A stretch of 64,000 nucleotides of DNA from the human T2T-CHM13v2.0 reference genome, Homo sapiens (GCF_009914755.1 NC_060943.1); one strand, 5' to 3'. Counted from the first letter of the stretch, positions 25,558 to 50,617 are shown. Made by a program: numbers and translations. Notes: generated from the letters alone by a model not told the origin.

Positions 25558-26681
25558 TCACACACTGCTGGTGGGAGACAATTGGACAGTTTCTTTTAAG
25601 GTTTTTTATGTTTTTAAAATTTTTAATTTTTTACATTTTTTTTTGAGACAGGGTATTGCTCTGTCGCCCAAGCTGGAATGCAGTGGCTCAATCTTGGCTC
25701 ACTGTAACCTCCGCCTCCTGGGTTCAAGCGATCCTTCCACATCAGCCCCCTGAGTAGCTGGGACTACAGGTGCATGCCACCATGCCTGGCAAAGTTTTGT
25801 ATTTTTTGTAGAGTCGGAGTCGTGCTCTGTTGCCCACACTGGCCTTGAACTCTTGGGCTCAAGCAATCCTCCTGCCTCAGCCTCCCAAAATGCTGGGATT
25901 ACAGGCGTGAGCCACCATGCCCAGTCAGATACACATCTTCAGCCATGAGAAGAATGCAAATCAAAACCACAATGAGTTGTCACTTCACATCCAACAAAAT
26001 GGCTAAAATTAAAATGACAATATGGTCATTTTAGTGCTGGTGAGGATGTGGAGCAATAGGAACTCTCATATGCTTTGGTAGGAAGGTAAAAAGGTGCAAC
26101 CACTTTGGAAGACAATTTGGCAGGTTTTTTTATAAGTTAAACATAGAAGCCAGGTGCAATCGCTTACGTCTGTAATCCCAGCACTTTGGGAGGCCAAGGT
26201 GGGCAGATCACTTGAGTTCAGGAGTTCGAGACCAGCCTGGTCAATGTTGTGAAACCCTGTCTCTGCTACAAATACAAAAAATTAGCCAGGCGTGGTGGTG
26301 TGCACCTATAATCCCAGCTACTTGAAGGCTGAGGCGGGAGGAGCCCTTGAACCTGGGATTGGGAGGTTGCAGTGAGCTGAGATTGCACTGCTGCACTCCA
26401 GCCTGGGTGACAGAGCAAGATTCTATCTCCAAAAACAAACAAACAAACAAACAAACAAAACAAAACAAAACAAAACAAAACAAAAAACAAAATGTTAGCC
26501 TGGCACAGTGGCTCACCCCTGTAATCCCAGCACTTTGGGAGGCCGAGGTGGGCAGATCACTTGAGATCAGGAGTTCGAGATCAGCCTGACCAACATGGTG
26601 AAACCCCAACATGGTGTAATTTTGTAAAAATACAAAAATTAGCCAGGCATGGTGGCACCTGCCTGTAATCCCAGCTATTCA

Positions 26682-27050
<369 letters not shown>

Positions 27051-27319
27051 TCAGCGAAAAAAAAAAAAAGGCGGTGGAGGTGGTGAACATGCAAAAACAT
27101 GAATGAGTCTCGAATGTATCCAGATTGGTGGGAAAAAGCCATACAAAAAAGAATGTGTAATATAGGCATCCATTTATCTGAAATCCTAGAAAAAGCAAAC
27201 TATTGTAACAGAAAGCTGATCAGCATGTGGTTGGGGAAAGAAGGACAGGGTAGGGCAGGTGAGAGGAATTTTGCAGTGGCACCAGGAAACTCGGGTGATG
27301 GATCTGCTGATGGCTTTGA

Positions 27320-28151
<832 letters not shown>

Positions 28152-28204
28152 TAAAAAAAGAAGCTTTCAATTATAAGGAAAAAAAGTCTGGGCATGGTGG
28201 CTCA

Positions 28205-28594
<390 letters not shown>

Positions 28595-28745
28595 TCAAGG
28601 CCTCTCTGCTTGGGTGGCAGACGGCCGCCTTCTCTGTCCTCGTATAGTCTTCCCTCTTCGTATGTCTGTATCCTAGTCTCCTCTGCCTATGAGGACACCA
28701 GTGAATTAGATCAGGGCCCACCTATAGACTTTTTTTAAAACTTAA

Positions 28746-29030
<285 letters not shown>

Positions 29031-29136
29031 TGAGCCACCCTGCTTGACTGACTATTTTAACTTAATTGTCTCTTTAAAGACCTTATCTCAATCAGTTTGG
29101 TGCTAAAAAAATTTAAAAAAAAAAGACCTTATCTCC

Positions 29137-29450
29137 TGTTTTAGTCCTTTCAGTGTGCTACAACAAAATACTATAAACTGGTGGCTTGTAAACAACAGAA
29201 ATTTATTTTTCATGGTTCTGGAGGCTGGGAAGTTCAAGATCAAAATGCTGGCAGATTCACTGTCTGGTAAGGGCTGGCTATCTGGTTCACAGATGGTGTC
29301 TTCTTTTGGTGTCCCCACATGGTAGAAAGATCAAGGAGTTTCTTGGGGGCCTCTTGTGGAAGGGCACTAATCCCATTATGAGGGCCACATCCTCATGACC
29401 TAATCACCTCCCAAGGGCCCCACCTCCTAATACCATCACCTTGGGGCTAA
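29137..29450 (-). mobile_element. MLT1A-type LTR, inverted paralogue of 24699-25050
   Basis: Reverse complement shares the 3' flank (ggagataagg-T run) and internal variants with the first copy. Confidence 0.75.
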
Positions 29451-29940
29451 TTTTGGACTCAGGTGATCTTCCTACCTTGGTCTCCCAAAACAAAGGGATG
29501 TGAGTCTCTGTGTCCAGCGTCCTTTAAGGATGGATTAAATTAAAGTAACTGACAATGCCTGGTGCAGGTAAAGATTTGGGGGCAGCTGGAGCTCGCACAC
29601 TGCTGGTGGGAGACAATTGGACAGTTTCTTTTAAATTTATTTATTTATGTATTTATTTGAGATAGGGTATCACTCTGTCATCCAGGCTGGAGTCCAGTGG
29701 TGCAGTCATAGGTCACTTCAGCCTCGACCTCCTGGGCTCATGTGATCCTCCCGCCTCAGCCGCTTGAGTAGCTGGGACTACAGGCACACATCACCACATC
29801 CAGATAATTTTTGTATTTTTTATATAGATGATGTCTCGCCCTGTTGCCCAGGCTGGTCTGAAACTCCTGGGCTCAAGTGATCCTCCTGCCTCAGCCTCCC
29901 AAAGTGCTGAGATTACAGGTGTGAGCCACCTTGCCCAGAC

Positions 29941-30046
29941 TGATAGTTTCTTATTAAATTATACATCACTTACCCTATAAACACAACAATCCCTGATAGT
30001 TTCTTATTAAATTAAACATCACTTACCCTATAAACACAACAGTCCC
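29941..30046 (+). repeat. 53-bp tandem duplication (2 copies) in an L1M fragment
   Basis: tgatagtttcttattaaatta(t/a)acatcacttaccctataaacacaaca(a/g)tccc at 29941-29993 and 29994-30046. Confidence 0.95.
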
Positions 30047-31392
30047 ATTGTGGTGAAACAAAAATTCACCTATTTTTTTTTTTTGGTAATCACCAAAAAC
30101 TGGGAACATCCCAAATGTCCATCAGTTGGTAAGCGGATGAGCCACCTGGTTTATGCATATGATGGAACATTATACAGCAATGAAAAGGAGTGACCTTCTA
30201 CAGCAGTGTGGTTGAATCTCAAATGCATTTGCTAAATGAAAGAATCCAGACCCAAGAGACTGTGTGCTCCCATTGGCGGGACATTTTATCTTTAGAGATG
30301 GGGTATTGCTTTGTCACCCAGGCTGGAGTGCAGTGGCAGGAACATGGATCATTACAGCCTCAAATTCCCAGGCTCAAGGGATCCTCCCGCCTCACCCTCC
30401 TGAGTGGCAGGGATTGCAGGTGCGTGCCACATACTCGGCTGTAGGTCATTTTAGAAATACAAAATTTTGGGCTAGGTGCAGTGGCTCACACCTGTAATCC
30501 CAGCACTTTGGGAGGCCGAGGTGGGTGGATCATTTGAGGTCAGGAGTTTGAGACCAGCCTGAAACCCTGCCTCTACTAAAAATACAAAAATTAGCTGGGG
30601 GTGGCAGGTGCCTGTAGTCCCAGCTACTCAGGAGGCTGAGGCAGGAGAATTGCTTGAACCCAGGAGGCAGAGGTTGCAGTGAGCTGAGATCGTGCACCAC
30701 TGCACTCCAGCCTGGGTGACAGAGCGAGACTCCGTCTCAAAAAAAAAAAAAAAAGAAAAGGAAAGACAAAATTTTAAGTATAGAAAACAGATCAGTGGCT
30801 GCCAGGAATTGAGATGGAAGGAGAGATTATCCACAAGAGAGACAGAGGAATTTTGGGAGGGAAGGGACTGTTCTGCATTTTTAACGTGGCAGTAGTTACA
30901 CAACTGTATATGTTTGTATAAACTTGCAGAATTCGCCCGGCAGCGTAGCCCTTTTGGGAGGCTGAGGTGGGAGGATCACCTGAGGCCAGGACTTTGAGAC
31001 TAGCCTGGGTATCATGGTGAAACCCCATTTCTGCAAAAAATACAAAAATTAGCCGGGCATGGTGGCATGTGCCTGTAGTCCTAGCTACTCAGGAGGCTGA
31101 TGTGGGAGAATCACTTGAGCCTGGGGGCAGAGGTTGCAGTGAGCCGAAATTGCACCACTGCACTGCAGCCTGGGCAACAGAGCCAGACCTGTCTCAAAAC
31201 AACAAACAAAAAAACAAACAACAAACAAAACAAAAAACCCACAAAGAAACACTACAAAAAAAACCTTGCAGAATTTTGTGGCTAAATTCTACCTTAATCT
31301 AAAAAGAAAAGGAAAAAGAGAGCAGCCTTTGGGGTTTCCCAAATCTGTTCAAATCCTGTCTTTGTTTTTTTTTTTTTTTTTTTTTTTTTTGA

Positions 31393-31653
<261 letters not shown>

Positions 31654-32174
31654 TAGCCACCATGCCTGGCCAAACCCTGGCTTTTAATCTCCGAGATACG
31701 TAGCTTGGGCAAGTAACTCCCCTTCTCTGAGCCTCAATTTCCTCTTAGGATGGCTAGGAGGAGTGACTGGAAAGTCCTTGGCACAAAGTGAGGTCTGGAG
31801 TTGGGACAAAAGCTGCCTCTGTCAAAGTGCTCACAGAACCCCTGGTCGGGTTCATTTAGCATCTGGTGGGTGTTGGAGATAAGTCGGCTCCCTGCCTTCT
31901 GGCACTAATGTTCTGAGATCTCATTTTCCAAGAGAACAGATTGTACCAAAATAGCCTCCCAGCCTAGTCTGCGAAGGGGGTGTGCAAGCCACTGGCCAGG
32001 TGGAGAATGATTGGCGGGGCAGGCTGGGGCTGTTGTCCCAGTGTGGGTGTGAGAACTTGGAGGATCGGCTCTCAAAGTCCAGGCTAATTTGGCTGCAAGT
32101 TACACTCAGTAACTTCCTTGGTCTTGGAATGAGAGAAAGTTTCTTTTTATCCTTTTTAAAAAAAATTGTGGTAA

Positions 32175-32518
<344 letters not shown>

Positions 32519-33024
32519 TGAGTGTATACTTCAGGGGCATTAAGTATATTCACATTGGCTAGGCATGGTGGCCCATGCCTGTAATCCCAGCACTTTGGGA
32601 GGCCAAGGCGGGTGGATCACTTGAGGTCAGGAGTTCAAGACCAGCCTGGCCAATATGGTGAAACCCCATCTCTACTAAAAATACAAAAATTAGCTGGGCG
32701 CAGTGGCACGCACTTGTAATCTCAGCTACTCAGGAGGCTGAGGCAGGAGAATCACTTAAACCCAGGAGGCGGAGTTTGCAGTGAGCCCAGACTGTGCCAT
32801 TGTACTCCAGCCTGGGCAACAGAGCGAGACTCCATCTAAAAAAAAAAAGTATATTCACATTGTTGTGCAACCACCACCATTACCCAGCTCCAGAAATCTT
32901 TTCATCCTGCAAAGGTACCCATTAAACACTCACTCCCCACTTCCCTCTTCCAGCCCTTGGCAGCACCATTGTACTTTGTCTCTCTGAATTTGATGACTCT
33001 AGGAACCTCATATAGGTACAATCA

Positions 33025-33800
<776 letters not shown>

Positions 33801-34465
33801 CTTTTTTTTTTTTTTTTTTTTTGGAGACAGGTTCTTGCTCTGTCGCCCACGCTGGAGTGGTGCAGTGGTGCGATCTTGGATCACTGCAACCTCTGTCTCC
33901 TGGGCTCAGGTGATCCTTCCACTCAGACTCCTGAGTAGCTGGGATTACAGGTGAGCACCACCACGCTGTCTAATTTTTTGTATTTTTAGTAGAGATGGGG
34001 TTTCATCATGTTGCCCAGGCTGACCTCGAATTTCTGGATTCAAGTGATCCTCCTGCCTCGGCCTCCCAAACTGTTGGGATTACAGGTGTGAGCCACTGTG
34101 GTGCAATTATCCCACACTACAGCTTCAAACTCCTAAGTTCAATTGATCCTCCTGCCTCAGCCTCCCAAGTAGCTGGGACTACAGGTGTACACCACCACAC
34201 CTGGCTAATTTTTAAATGTTTTGTAGAGATGAGGTCTTGCTATGTTGCCCAGGCTGGTCTTGAACTCCTGGCCTCAAGTGATGCTCCCACTTTGGCCTCC
34301 TAAAATGCTGGGATTACAGGTGTGAGCCACCATGCCCAGCCATAAGCAGGTATTTTACATATAATAGATCGTCAAGGTGGTTTGTTACTCTCATTTTGTG
34401 GAAAATAAATGAGGCTGGGTGCTAAGGTGAGTGGAGGTCAGTCACCTCTTACTGACAGTGGGTCA

Positions 34466-34814
<349 letters not shown>

Positions 34815-35334
34815 CTAAAGCTATGCTTTTTCTTGCACATTTCACTTCTCTGATTCTCTTTAGGAATATGTAAGATACATGCATGGAACAATTCAGCATT
34901 ATCCTTGACACTGAGCAGGCATCAGCAAATAATACCTAGAGCAGGCATTAGCAAAGGCAAGTTCTTATCCTGCTCTCCTGGTTCCTAGATCATCATCCCT
35001 GGTGACCACAGACGTGGGTGGTTATGACTGCGTTTACACTGTGCTTTCCTGTTAGCGCCTGCCTGAAGGCATGTAGGAAAACTCCCAGCTCAATTAGTGG
35101 AGGAAATTGAGGCCATTGAAGCCAGCTGAGAGGTGAAAGTGACTGCACAAAGACAGATGTTGGCAGGCCTGAGTGTGAGCTCTGGTTTTGCAACTAACTT
35201 GCGTGTGACCTTTGGTGAACCCTTCTTGGCTGATTGAAAATGTTGAACTAGGCCGGCCCGGTGGCTCCCAAAGTCCTGTAATTCCAGCACTTTGGGAGGC
35301 CTAGGTGGGCAGATCACTTGAGGTCAGGAGTTCA

Positions 35335-36122
<788 letters not shown>

Positions 36123-36280
36123 GACTGGATGATGCTGAAGATCCCTTCTAACTCTAAATATCTGAATTCATAGAGGAAGTGAACATTGCAATTAACTAGG
36201 CAAAAACCAAGAGAAATTTATCAAACTCTGAGCTGCACAAATGAGTATCTCACCATCCCGCAAATGTCCATGTTTCCTCA

Positions 36281-36745
<465 letters not shown>

Positions 36746-36748
36746 TTA

Positions 36749-37600
<852 letters not shown>

Positions 37601-37935
37601 AAACCATCATTCAATCACGTTTTCTAGAGATGACCAAGGACTGAATCCTCAGCAGGGGAATTTTATGTGGACCTCCCGTATTGCTAGTCAGATATGAAAA
37701 AGACATGCCCTCTCCTGTTATGGGGCAAATTGTGTCCCCCCAAAAGATATGTTGAAGCCAGGCTGGGCACAGTGGCTCACGCCTGTAATCCCAGAACTTT
37801 GGGAGGCTTGGAGTCGGGGGGGGGGGGTGGATCACAAGGTCAGGAGTTCGAGACCACACTGGCCAACATGACAAAACCCCGTCTCTACTAAAAAAAATAC
37901 AAAACTTAGCCAGGCATGGTGGCAGGCACCTGTTA

Positions 37936-38049
<114 letters not shown>

Positions 38050-39209
38050 TCACAAAAACAAAAACAAAACAAAACAAAAACAAAAAACAACTTCCTATTG
38101 GGTACTGTGTTCACTATCTGGGTGACGGGATCAATGGAAGCCTAAACCTCAGCATCATGCAATATATTCTTATGACAAACCTGCACATGTACCCCCTGAA
38201 TCTAAAATAAAAATGGAGGCCGGGCGTGGTGGCTCACGCCTGTAATCCCAGCACTTTGGGAGGCTGAGGCAGGTGAATCACCTGAGATCAGGAGTTCGAG
38301 ACCAGCCTGGCCAACATGGTGAAACCCCGTCTCTACTAAAAATACAAAAACTAGCTGGGCATGGTGGCAGGCGCCTGTAGTCCCAGCTACTGGGAAGGGA
38401 GGCTGAGGCAGGATTATCGCTTGAATCTGGGAGGCAGAGGTTGCAGCAAGCCAAGATCATGGCATTGCACTCCAGCCTGGGCGACAAAAGCAAAACTCCG
38501 TCTCGAAAATAAATAAATAAATAAGTAAAATAAAAATGGAAATTTAAAGGAAGAAAGAAATGGTGCTTACTGTCTGTGTCCTCACATGGCGGAATGAGAG
38601 AAAGCAGCTCTCTGGGACACTCTCTCTTGTTTTTTGCTGTTTTTGAGAGAGTCTCACTCTGTCCCCTAGGCTGGAGTGCATGAGTGAGATTGTAACTCAC
38701 AGAAGCCTTGACTTCCTGGGCTCAAGTAATCCTCCCACTTCAGCCTCCCAAGTAGCTGGGACTACAGGCGCGCACCACCTCGCCCAGCTAATTTTTGTGT
38801 TTTTTGGTAGAGACAGGGTTCTGCTACATTGCCCATGTTGGTCTTGACCTCCTGGGCTCAAGTGATACTTCCACTTTGGCCTCCCAAAGTGCTGGGATTA
38901 CAGGCATGAGCCACCGTGCCCGGCCTGAACCTGTCTATTTTCACCTGATGTGTTATCCTAGGATATTTTCTGCAGTGTTACACGGTGTCTGTGAACAATT
39001 TGATAGGTAGTGGCCAGCCACATGTGCCCATTTACATTAACACGAATGACAATTACATAAAATGGAAAGCCCTCCTTCTTGGTGGAATTAGCATCCTTTC
39101 AAGTACTTGGTCACCACACGTGGCTGGCGGCTGCTGGACAGCTCCCATAGGGAATATTCCCATCATTACAGAAAGTTCTGTCAGACAGCGCCTCCCTAGA
39201 AAATTCCTA

Positions 39210-39656
<447 letters not shown>

Positions 39657-40624
39657 TCAAATATCCTTTTAGAAATATTCTTTCCAGTTGGGCGGGCATG
39701 GTGGCTCATGCCTGTAATCCCAGCACTTTGGGAGGCTGAGGCAGGAGGATCACTTGAGCCCAGGAGATCAAGGCTGCAAGGTAAAAACGAGGTAGGTGTG
39801 GGAGCTCATGCCTGTAATCCCAACACTTTGGGAGGCCAAGGCGGGAGGATTGGTTGACCCTAGGAATTAGAAACCAGCCTGGAACTGAGCTGTGATCACG
39901 TCACCGCACTCCAGCATGGGTGACAGAATGAGACCCTGTCTCAAAAAAAAAAAAAAAAAAAAAAAGAAACTATTTTCATATGTAACCATGCACCTCTTTT
40001 GCATCTTGTTTTTTCTTTCTTTTTCTTCTTCTTCTCCTTCTCCTCCTTCTTCTTTTTTTGTTTTTGAGACGGAGTCTCGTTCTGTCGCCCAGGCTGAAGT
40101 GCAGTATCGGGATCTTGGCCCACTGCAAGCTCCGCCTCCCAGATTCAAGCAATTTCTCCTGCCTCAGCTTCCCGAGTTGGGACTACAGGCACCCGCCACC
40201 ATGCCTGGCTAATTTTTGCATTTTTAATAGAGGCGGGTTTCACCATATTGGCCAGGCTGGTCTTGAACTCCTGCCCTTGTGATCCCCCCGCCTCAGCCTC
40301 CCAAAGTGCTGTGATTACAGGCATGAGCCACTGTGCCTGCCTTTCTTTTTCTTCTGCTTCTTTTTTTTTTTTGTGTGTGTGTGATAGACTGGAATGCAGT
40401 GGTGTGATCACAGTTTACTGCAGCCTTGAACTCCTGGGTTCAAGCAGTCCTTCTGCCTCAGCCTCCAAAAGTCCTGGGATTACAGGTGTGAGCCATTGTG
40501 CCCGGCCTTTTTTCTTTTCTTTCTTTCTTCTTTTCACTATCTATTTTGGAAATTTTTCCTTATTAGTACCACAGTGGTACCTCTGAAGGATCTAGGGCAA
40601 GATTCTTTTTTTTTTTTGAGATGA

Positions 40625-40723
<99 letters not shown>

Positions 40724-41420
40724 TGAGTAGCTGGGACTATAGGCGCCCGCTACCACGCCCGGCTAATTTTTTGTATTTTTAGTAGAGACGGGGTTTCACT
40801 GTGTTAGCCAGGATGGTCTCGATCTCCTGACCTCGTGATCCACCCGCCTCGGCCTCCCAAAGTGCGGGGATTACAGGCGTGAGCCACCGCACCCGGCCGA
40901 TTCTTTTTTTTGTTTTTTGATACAGAGTCTCACTCTGTCACCCAGGCTGGAGTGCAGTGGCACTATCTTGGGTTCCACTCCACCTCCCGGGTTCAAGTGA
41001 TTCTCCTGCCTCAGCCTCCTGAGTAGCTGGGATTACAGGCATAGGTCCCTACCACCTGGCTAATTTTTGTATCTTTAATAGAGGAGGGGTTTTACCCTGT
41101 TGGCCAGGTTGGTCTCAAACTCCTGATCTCAGGTGATCCGCCCACCTCGGCCTCCCAAAGTGCTAGGATTACAGGCGTAAACCACCCTGCCCAGCCAAGA
41201 CCCCATCTCTATTTTAAAAAATACAAAAATTAGCCGAGTGTGGTGGCACATACCTGTAGTCCCAACTACTCAGGAGGCTGCGGCAGGAGGATTGCTTGAG
41301 CCCAGGACGTCAAGGGTGCAGTGAGCCATGATCACGCCGCTGCACTGTGAATGTGCCCTTATTTAGAGATAGGATCTTTGCAGATTTAACTAAATTAAGG
41401 AATTTGAGATGAGATCATTA

Positions 41421-41897
<477 letters not shown>

Positions 41898-42287
41898 CTA
41901 TGAACAGTCCTTTTTGTTATGCACATATAAACACATATACAGAGGCCAGGCTCGGTGGCTCATGCCTGTAATCCCAGCACTTTTGGAGGCCGAGGCAGGC
42001 GGATCACTTGAGGTCAGGAGTTTGAGACCAACCTGACCAACATGGTGAAACCCTGTCTCTACTGAAAATACAACAATTAGCTGGGCGTGGGGGAAAGAGT
42101 TCGTTTGTTTGGACAACACGCTTCCTTTGGCACTTTGCTCTTATATTGATGGGACATAAACATTTTTTTGTGGCAATGCTCTGAAGATCTAATTCATTTA
42201 TTTCAATGCCTGCAGGTAATTCCATTGATGGGGCATAATTTATTTATCCAATCTCCTATTGATGTCATTTATTTATATTATTACTAA

Positions 42288-42622
<335 letters not shown>

Positions 42623-42665
42623 TAACATTTACAAACTTTCTTTCTTTCTTTCTTTTGTTTTTTGA

Positions 42666-42770
<105 letters not shown>

Positions 42771-43132
42771 TGAGTAACTGGGATTACAGGCACGTGCCAC
42801 CACACCCAGCTAATTTTTTGTATTTTTTTAGTAGAGACGGGGTTTCACCATGTTGGCCAGGCTGGTCTCGAACTCCTGGCCTTAGATGATCCTCCTGCCT
42901 GCTTCCCCGCTCACAGGCGTGAGCCACCACGCCAAGCCCCAAAATTTCTAATTTTTGATATTATGATTGATGCTGGGATGTTGGGTTCTGGAACCAGACT
43001 ACCTGAGTCCAAATCACACCTCAGCCATTTACAAGTTATCTATTGCTGTGTAACAGGTGTTCACCAAAACTTAGCCACTTAACAAATATTTATTATCTCA
43101 TGGTTTTCGTGTGAGAGAAATTCAGGAGCTTA

Positions 43133-43465
<333 letters not shown>

Positions 43466-43792
43466 TCAAAAAAAAAAAAAAAAAAAAAAAATGTCAGCCA
43501 GGGCTGCAACTATCTGAAGACTTGACTGGGGCTGGAGGATCCACTTCCAAAACGTCACCCTTAGCTGGCGTTTGGCTGGAGGTCTCAGTTCCTTACCACA
43601 TGGGCTTTTGCACAAGCTGCTTGAATTTTATCATGACATGACACCTAACTTCCCCAGAGCAAGCAATCCAAGAAAGCAAAGAAGACCTAGTACCATTTCT
43701 GATCTGGTCTGAGTCAAACACCATCACATTGCTTTATTCAAGTCACTAAGTCCAGCCCAGAGTCAAGGAGAAGCCAATTAGGTGTTATTCTC

Positions 43793-43795
43793 TTT

Positions 43796-43827
<32 letters not shown>

Positions 43828-44033
43828 TTTTCTTTCTTTCCTTCTTTCTTCCTTTCTTTTTCTTTCTTTCTTTCTTTTTTCTTTCTTTCTTTCCTTCTTT
43901 CTTTCTTTCTTTTTCTTTCTTTCTCTCTCTCTTTCTTTCTCTATTTTTCTTTTTCCTTCCTTCCTTCTCTTTCTCCCTTTCCCTCCCCTCCCCTCCCTTC
44001 CCCTCCCCTTCTCTTCCCTTCCTTTCCTTTTTT
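43793..44033. repeat. (TTTC)n/(CCCCT)n polypyrimidine expansion of an Alu tail
   Basis: About 240 nt of almost pure pyrimidine on the + strand directly abutting an antisense Alu. Confidence 0.95.
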
Positions 44034-44399
44034 TGAGACAGAGTCTTGTTCTGTTGCCCAGGCTGGAGTGCAGTGGCGTGATCTTGGCTCACTGCAACCT
44101 CTGCCTCCAGGTTTCAAGTGATTCTCCTGCCTCAGCCTCCCAAGTATCTGTGATTACAGGCAAATCTTGGCTCACTGCAACCTCTGCCTCACAGATTCAA
44201 GCAATTCCCCTGTCTCAGCCTCCTGAGTAGCTGGGACTACAGGTGTGCACCACCACGCCCAGCTAAGTTTTGTATTTTTAGTAGAGACAGGGTTTCACCA
44301 TGTTGGCCAGGATGGTCTCAATCTCTCGACCTCGTGATCCGCCTACCTTGGCCTACCAAAGTGCTGGGATTACAGGCGTGAGCCACTGCACCCGGCTAG

Positions 44400-44555
<156 letters not shown>

Positions 44556-45105
44556 TGAATCTCAGAGTATTTGGCTGACTTGAGGCCTCTTAGCTTGGGC
44601 ATCATTGGCTGCTAGAAAATCCAAGGACCGGAATTAGAGGTTCCGTGCATCCTGTAAGACTGTAGGCAAAATTGTGTGCACGTGTTATTTGGTAGGAGGA
44701 GGTCCAAAGCTTTTATTGAGGGTCTCATGTAGTCTGTGATCCCAAGAAGAATATGGCTCACTGTGCAAAAGTGAGACCTCCTGTTGTATTTGTTCCCAAT
44801 GTTTTCTTTCTTTCTTTTTTCTTTTCTTTTTTTTTTTTTTGAGACAGAGTCTTGCACTGTCGCCCAGGCAGGTGTGCAGTGGCACGATCTCGGCTCGCTG
44901 CAACCTCCACCTCCCAGGTTCAAGCAATTCTCCTGTCTCAGCCTCCTGAGTAGCTAGGATTATAGGCGCCCGCCACTGCGCCCAGCTAATTTTTTGTATT
45001 TTTAGTAGAGACGGGGTTTCACTATGTTGGCCAGGCTGGTCTTGAACTCCTGACCTCATGATCCACTCGCCTCAGCCTCCCAAAGTGCTGGGATTACAAG
45101 CGTGA

Positions 45106-45240
<135 letters not shown>

Positions 45241-45410
45241 TAAAAAGACATTTTATATTTTATTCCGCTTCATTTTCATTTCCTTTTTTTTTTTTTTTTT
45301 TAAGCTGGAGTCTCGGTCTGTCACCCAGGCTGGAGTGCAGTGGTGTGATCTCGACTCACTGAAACCTCTGCCTCCCAGGCTCAAGCGATTCTCGTGCCTC
45401 AGCCTCCTGA

Positions 45411-46000
<590 letters not shown>

Positions 46001-46744
46001 TACCTGTCTTAGGGCTGAGTGTAGTGGCTCGTGCCTATCCTGGCTACTTGAGAGGCTGAGGTAGGAGGATCACTTGAGCCAAGAAGTTCGAGGCTGCAGT
46101 GAACTGTAATTGTGCCATTAAACTGCAGCCTGGTGATGGAGGGAGACCTGGTCTCTAAATAAGTAAATTAACAAATAGACCAGACTGAGTGGCTCATGCC
46201 CGTAATCCCAGAACTTTGGGAAGCTGAGGTGGGAGGATCCCTTCAGGCCAGGAGTTCCAGACCAGCGTGGACAACATAGTGAGATCCCACCTCCTCAAAA
46301 AATTTAAAAATTAGTCAGGTGTGGTGGTGTGCACCTGTAGTGCCAGCTAGTATGGAGGCTGAGGCAGGAGGATCACTTGACCCCAGGAAGCAGTGAGCTG
46401 TGTTCACGCTGCTGCAGTCAAGCATGGGTGACAGAAGGAGAGCCTGTGTCAAAAAAATTAAAATAAATAAATAAATCTTGATATTTTATTCATTGTGTAG
46501 TTTCTGCATTAATTTTAATTTTTTTTTCTTTGAGACGCAGTCTCGCTCTGTCGCCCAGGCTGGAGTCCAGTGACATGATCTTGGCTCACTGCAAGCTCTG
46601 CCTTCCAGGTTCACGTCATTCTCCTGCCTCAGCCTCCTGAGTAGCTGGAACTACAGGTGCCTGCCACCACACCTGGCTAATTTTTTTTTTTTTTTGTATT
46701 TTTAGTACAGATGGGGTTTCGCCTTGTTAGCCAGGATGGTCTCA

Positions 46745-46837
<93 letters not shown>

Positions 46838-47247
46838 TTAAAATAATCACTAGGTGCAGTGGCTCACGCCTGTAGTCCCAGCACTTTGGGAGGCCGGGGT
46901 AGGAAGATCGCTTAAGGCCAGGAGTTCAAGACCAGCCTGGACAACATATCGAGATCCCCATCTCTACCAAAAATAAAAATAAAAATAAAAAAAATAAAAA
47001 AAATTAGCCAGGCAGGTGGCGTGCACCTGCAGTCCTAACTACTCTGGAGGCTGAGGTGGGAAGGTTGCTTGAGCCCAAGAGTTCAAGGTTGCAGTGAACA
47101 AGGCTATGCTACTGCACTCCAGCCTGGGTGACAGAGTGAGACCCTGTCTCTAAAAATAGTAATAATTTAAAAAAATGTATTTAAGGCCGAGTGTGGTGGA
47201 TCATGCCTGTATTGCCAGCACTTTGGGAGGCTGAGGCGGGTGGATCA

Positions 47248-47499
<252 letters not shown>

Positions 47500-47698
47500 T
47501 CAAAAAAAAAAAAAAAAAGTATTTAAATATTATGTATTATTTGGACACAATAAAAAAATTGGAAAAAATATTCTTTATCTTTGTTGCTTTTTTCTCTTTT
47601 TACCGCTCTCCCCCAATGTTGCTCCCTGTCCAGCGCCTCTCCGCAGCCTCTCCTCTGACTCTGCCCTGGGTTCAAGCTGCTTCTGGTCATTCGCGTGA

Positions 47699-47717
47699 TG
47701 GCCTCGAGGGGGCGCTG
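47699..47717 (+). promoter_or_regulatory. Candidate CTCF site
   Basis: TGGCCTCGAGGGGGCGCTG closely matches the CTCF core CCASYAGRKGGCRS and sits in a short non-repetitive, CpG-retaining patch (about 47600-47760). Confidence 0.6.
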
Positions 47718-47847
47718 CTTCCCCACTCATGCTCAGCCAGGACTCCTTAGTCAGTTTAATTGGGTTTGTTAACATCTTCCAGCTTAGATTCCTCTTCTGC
47801 AAAGTGGGTATTATAATGTTAGCCACGCAGGGATGACGAAGGAAGTG

Positions 47848-48844
<997 letters not shown>

Positions 48845-48864
48845 TGAATTTTTATTTTTTGTAG

Positions 48865-49225
<361 letters not shown>

Positions 49226-49828
49226 TGATCATCCCGCCTGGGCCTCCCAAAGTGCTGGGAGTGTGCCCGGCCCCAGCCACTATTTTTTAAGAGTACAAAA
49301 TTGAAGCATATTCTGATAGGGAATTTAAAACACTCACTAAAGTAGGCAGAATAGTATAATGAACCGCAGCCCACCCTAACCACCATCACCCCCTACTCAA
49401 CCTCGCCAACCCCGCCCCCATCCCATTTGCCTTCCTGTCAGGTATTATTTTGAAGCAAATCTCAGCTATCTTATCATTCCATAAATATTTTGTTATATGT
49501 CTCTAAAACATACACACTCTTTTTTTTTTTTTTTTGAGACAGGGTCTCACTCTGTTGCCCAAGCTGGAGCACAGTGGCGTGATCACGACTCATTGCAGCC
49601 TCAACTTCCCAGGTTCAAGTGATCCTTCCACCTCAGAGTAGCAGGGACCACTGGCACATGCACCATGTCTAGTTAATTTTTTAATTTTTTGTAAAAATGG
49701 AGTCTCAATATGTTGGCCAGTCTGGTCTTGAACTCCTGAGCTTAAGTGATCCTCCTGCCTTGGCCTCCCAAACTGCTGGGATAACAGGCATGAGGCACTG
49801 CACCTGGCCCAGACTCTTTAAAAGCCTA

Positions 49829-50617
<789 letters not shown>

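Noticed and set aside
43778-44092. K/E/R-rich and F/S/L-rich ORFs
   Set aside because: Translations of the (TTTC)n microsatellite.
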